Position numbers and translations under genes: made by a program
Notes under the pieces: model-generated
What the model was told of the DNA's origin: nothing
Seen by the model: the letters and a program-made list of their open reading frames with translations, nothing else
Database searches by the model: none
From: Minisyncoccota bacterium
GTDB taxonomy: Bacteria > Patescibacteriota > Minisyncoccia > Phycocordibacterales > UBA918
Assembly: GCA_036275695.1 (NCBI GenBank)
Contig: DASUDI010000033.1
Coordinates: 1 to 52,628, forward strand
Direction: 5' to 3'
Length of the DNA: 52,628 nt
Part shown: piece by piece, positions 50,461 through 52,628 of the stretch
Position numbering within the stretch: position 1 is the stretch's first letter
Layout of the letters: each line of letters begins with the position of its first letter

Positions 50461-52062
50461 CTAGGATTTCTTAAGCAATGCAAGTGCTTCGGTTGTTGCA
50501 AAAGTTATGATGCGTTCACCTTCACGCAAACCTTCAGTGATTTCGGTGAAACCATTAGTTCCTCGTAAACCAGTACGTACGGCGACTCTTTCAAGTGAGT
50601 TATCTTCTTTGATTACCCACACAAACTTCCCTTCAGCATCCTCGTATACCGCTCGACTTGGTATCGCGATTACGTCCTCACGAATTGCTGAATGAATATC
50701 AATTTGTGCGGTAAAACCATCCTTGATACGGGTATCGTCTGTGGTAAGTACCAACACAATTGGAATGACTCGTACTCCATTCACCACCGATACGCGCGGT
50801 GCTATTTCACTCACGGTAGCATCTAACTTAATGTCCTCAAATGCATCCAGTGTCACCACCGCAGTATCGCCAATATTTATTTCAGCGATATCAATTTCAG
50901 AAAGATTCACGCCAACCTCAAATGATTCCTCAGAAATAAGATCAATGAGGGGGACTCCTGCGCTTACTGACTCTCCAGGTTCTGCGTGAACAGTAACCAC
51001 CACACCCGAAAAAGGTGCCGTGATCAGCGTATTTTGATACAGCGCGCGCGCTTGCGTGACCAGTGCCTTCATCTGCTCTATGAGCGCGCGTTGCGCGCTT
51101 ATTCGCTCTTCTCGTGCAGCACCTGATGCCTGTGACAATTGCGCCTCTGCTTGCGCGAGTGATGCTTCTGCACTGCGCACAGTACCTTCAGCTACCGCAA
51201 GCGCGACGTCGCGTGCTTTACGCGTAGCATTATAGGTGTTCAGGTTTGTAAGGTACGTACTTGATTTTGTATTTGGAATACGAATTTCCCATTCTGTGCT
51301 TGGCGCAAAATTATCAGGGAACTGTACGCGCAAACCCAGTGACCCAAGTGGCACAGATGCTATCGTAGAGACTTCTGCAATTCCACTCTCACTACCACTA
51401 TATCGGAATGAAGATCCAGATGGTGCGCCAGAACTATATAAAGAAATAGTATACACACCATCATTTCCTGTATAAGTACCTGAGACGGTTGGTGGTGTAT
51501 ACACATAATCAGTGTTTTCTCGTTTTTCACTTAAAAGTTCAGCCTGTAATGATCCAGACCGCACTACGCGCTCAGCGTTTTCAACAAGAAGCTCTTGCTG
51601 CACGGTAACCTCGTCAAGATTCTTTTTCGCATTTTCAAGAGCAATGCGTGCTGTTTCGACTGCACGTTCATAAATGGCACGGCTCGACACATCTGCTCCC
51701 GTTAGCATCTCATCCAAACGGATTTCCTCAGCGCGTAGTCGTGCCTCGGCAGACGCAACATCACTTTTTGCGCGCTCATCATTGAGTGTTGCCAACACAT
51801 CACCTTCGGCAACCACATCACCTTCGGCAACTTGTATATGCATGATTTGTCCGCTCGTCTGAAATGCAAGATTTACTGAACGTACTCCCTGCACAAAACC
51901 CGTTTCATTCACCATTTCCTCTACGGTACCTCGTGTTACTTCACCTACTTCAACACCCTCAGGTAACGTCTCAGTATCTCGAAAAATGTACCACGCACCA
52001 ACAACGCCAATGAGGCAAACGCTCAGCAGTAGATATGTTCTTACCCTCAAAAATTGAACCAT
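50461..52062 (-). CDS. HlyD/MacA-like periplasmic adaptor with a long inserted domain
   Basis: N-terminal TM, lipoyl/barrel-sandwich motifs (IMHIQVAEGDVVAEGDVLATL), long coiled coils, and C-terminal beta-barrel/MP domains. Confidence 0.8.
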   Translation of the reverse strand: MVQFLRVRTYLLLSVCLIGVVGAWYIFRDTETLPEGVEVGEVTRGTVEEMVNETGFVQGVRSVNLAFQTSGQIMHIQVAEGDVVAEGDVLATLNDERAKSDVASAEARLRAEEIRLDEMLTGADVSSRAIYERAVETARIALENAKKNLDEVTVQQELLVENAERVVRSGSLQAELLSEKRENTDYVYTPPTVSGTYTGNDGVYTISLYSSGAPSGSSFRYSGSESGIAEVSTIASVPLGSLGLRVQFPDNFAPSTEWEIRIPNTKSSTYLTNLNTYNATRKARDVALAVAEGTVRSAEASLAQAEAQLSQASGAAREERISAQRALIEQMKALVTQARALYQNTLITAPFSGVVVTVHAEPGESVSAGVPLIDLISEESFEVGVNLSEIDIAEINIGDTAVVTLDAFEDIKLDATVSEIAPRVSVVNGVRVIPIVLVLTTDDTRIKDGFTAQIDIHSAIREDVIAIPSRAVYEDAEGKFVWVIKEDNSLERVAVRTGLRGTNGFTEITEGLREGERIITFATTEALALLKKS

Positions 52063-52147
52063 ATATACAGTAGTATACAGGATGCAAAAATAATTTTATG
52101 CACTTTCACACACTCAACTCAACACATAGTAAAACAATTCATATGCC

Positions 52148-52558
52148 TCAGAGCAAAAAAGCCACAATCGCCACAATAACACCTATGAGTAGAGCGTATA
52201 TAATGATGCGCCACGCTTTTCTCTTATCCCTATCACGAAATGCCACGTGCGATATGGAATCTGTTTTCCCAATGTCACCGAAATTAAAGAGTGCGGCTAT
52301 GCCAAAATACGCGCAAAAATGCATGTGTGCTTGTAAAAATCCCATTGCCGATATTGTTGCGGGGACAAATAGGGTCAATCGCCAGTACTCAGAAACATTA
52401 AACCACATAAGCACTAACCAAAGTGCTATGGTGATCACAAGTCCACACCACCCAACCCTTTTTCGAGCATCAATCTCTGCCTGACCTATATTGCACACAC
52501 CCGGAATGTATGTATTTGTGGACTCATATGATTTACGACTACTCCTATTTATAACCAT
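52148..52558 (-). CDS. hypothetical 3-4 TM membrane protein
   Basis: 136 aa with clear TM helices. Preferred over the antisense ORF 52098..52484, whose translation is low-complexity and lacks structure. Confidence 0.5.
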   Translation of the reverse strand: MVINRSSRKSYESTNTYIPGVCNIGQAEIDARKRVGWCGLVITIALWLVLMWFNVSEYWRLTLFVPATISAMGFLQAHMHFCAYFGIAALFNFGDIGKTDSISHVAFRDRDKRKAWRIIIYALLIGVIVAIVAFLL

Positions 52559-52628
52559 AAAATATTCAATAGAAGCATTGTACCACTAATCCATACTTAT
52601 ATCTTTGCTATACTTCATATATGAATTT

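Noticed and set aside
52098-52484. Plus-strand ORF 52098..52484 competing with minus-strand ORF 52148..52558
   Set aside because: The minus-strand translation has clean TM helices and a sensible charge distribution. The plus-strand one does not.
1-52628. Alternative genetic code (UGA recoding, as in Gracilibacteria/SR1)
   Set aside because: TGA terminates several conserved-length genes exactly at ATGA overlaps (629-632, 32231-32234, 32419-32422, 45033-36). The only in-frame stop seen in a recognisable domain is a TAA (16319-16321) in a gene that also carries frameshifts.
1-52628. CRISPR arrays, IS elements, prophage, rRNA, toxin-antitoxin pairs
   Set aside because: Reading both strands showed no regularly spaced direct repeats, transposase or integrase-like ORFs, phage structural genes or rRNA signatures. 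The intergenic gaps are short and are explained by terminators, promoters and the RNA genes listed.

Overview
The window is a gene-dense (about 90% coding), low-GC stretch of bacterial chromosome. Most genes are on the minus strand, and many are translationally coupled through ATGA/TAATG overlaps. The gene content fits a reduced-genome, CPR/Patescibacteria-like organism, but that taxonomic call is inference only. That content includes many small membrane-anchored proteins, a pilin-like domain, an LVIVD surface protein, an orphan substrate-binding protein (SBP), and no biosynthetic operons. The standard genetic code applies, because TGA acts as a stop at several conserved gene ends.

Housekeeping genes I recognise:
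- lepA, murJ, groES/groEL and secG
- RNase J and a DEAD-box helicase
- htpX and lemA
- nth and a MutY-like glycosylase
- an RlmB-like methyltransferase
- a MacAB-like ABC efflux operon
- a GH1 glycosidase operon

RNA genes found by eye:
- tRNA-Phe(GAA)
- tRNA-Arg(CCT)
- tRNA-Ser(GGA)
- an RNase P RNA on the minus strand that the ORF track cannot show

I saw no CRISPR array, transposase, integrase or rRNA.

The best candidate for an under-described system is the three-gene module at 37438-40899. It encodes a MATCAP/DUF1704-like HExxH carboxypeptidase, a 7-TM protein, and a RimK-related ATP-grasp ligase fused to a DTGA retropepsin-like domain.

Other notable items:
- A zinc-ribbon/RDD/pilin-like gene broken into three frames, one break falling exactly on an in-frame A_AAA_AAG slippery heptamer.
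- A membrane-anchored Clp/Hsp100 ATPase with a degenerate first ATPase domain.
- A minimal HGDEF diguanylate cyclase.
- Iron-sulfur-free or variant HhH glycosylases.
- A cysteine-free CHAP-like protein.
- Matching basic disordered tails on RNase J and the helicase.
- A (TA)7 tract at the start of a surface protein.
- A duplicated tRNA-Phe 3' fragment.

All calls come from reading the sequence and ORF translations by eye. No searches were run. Hairpin and RNA boundaries are hand-derived and approximate.
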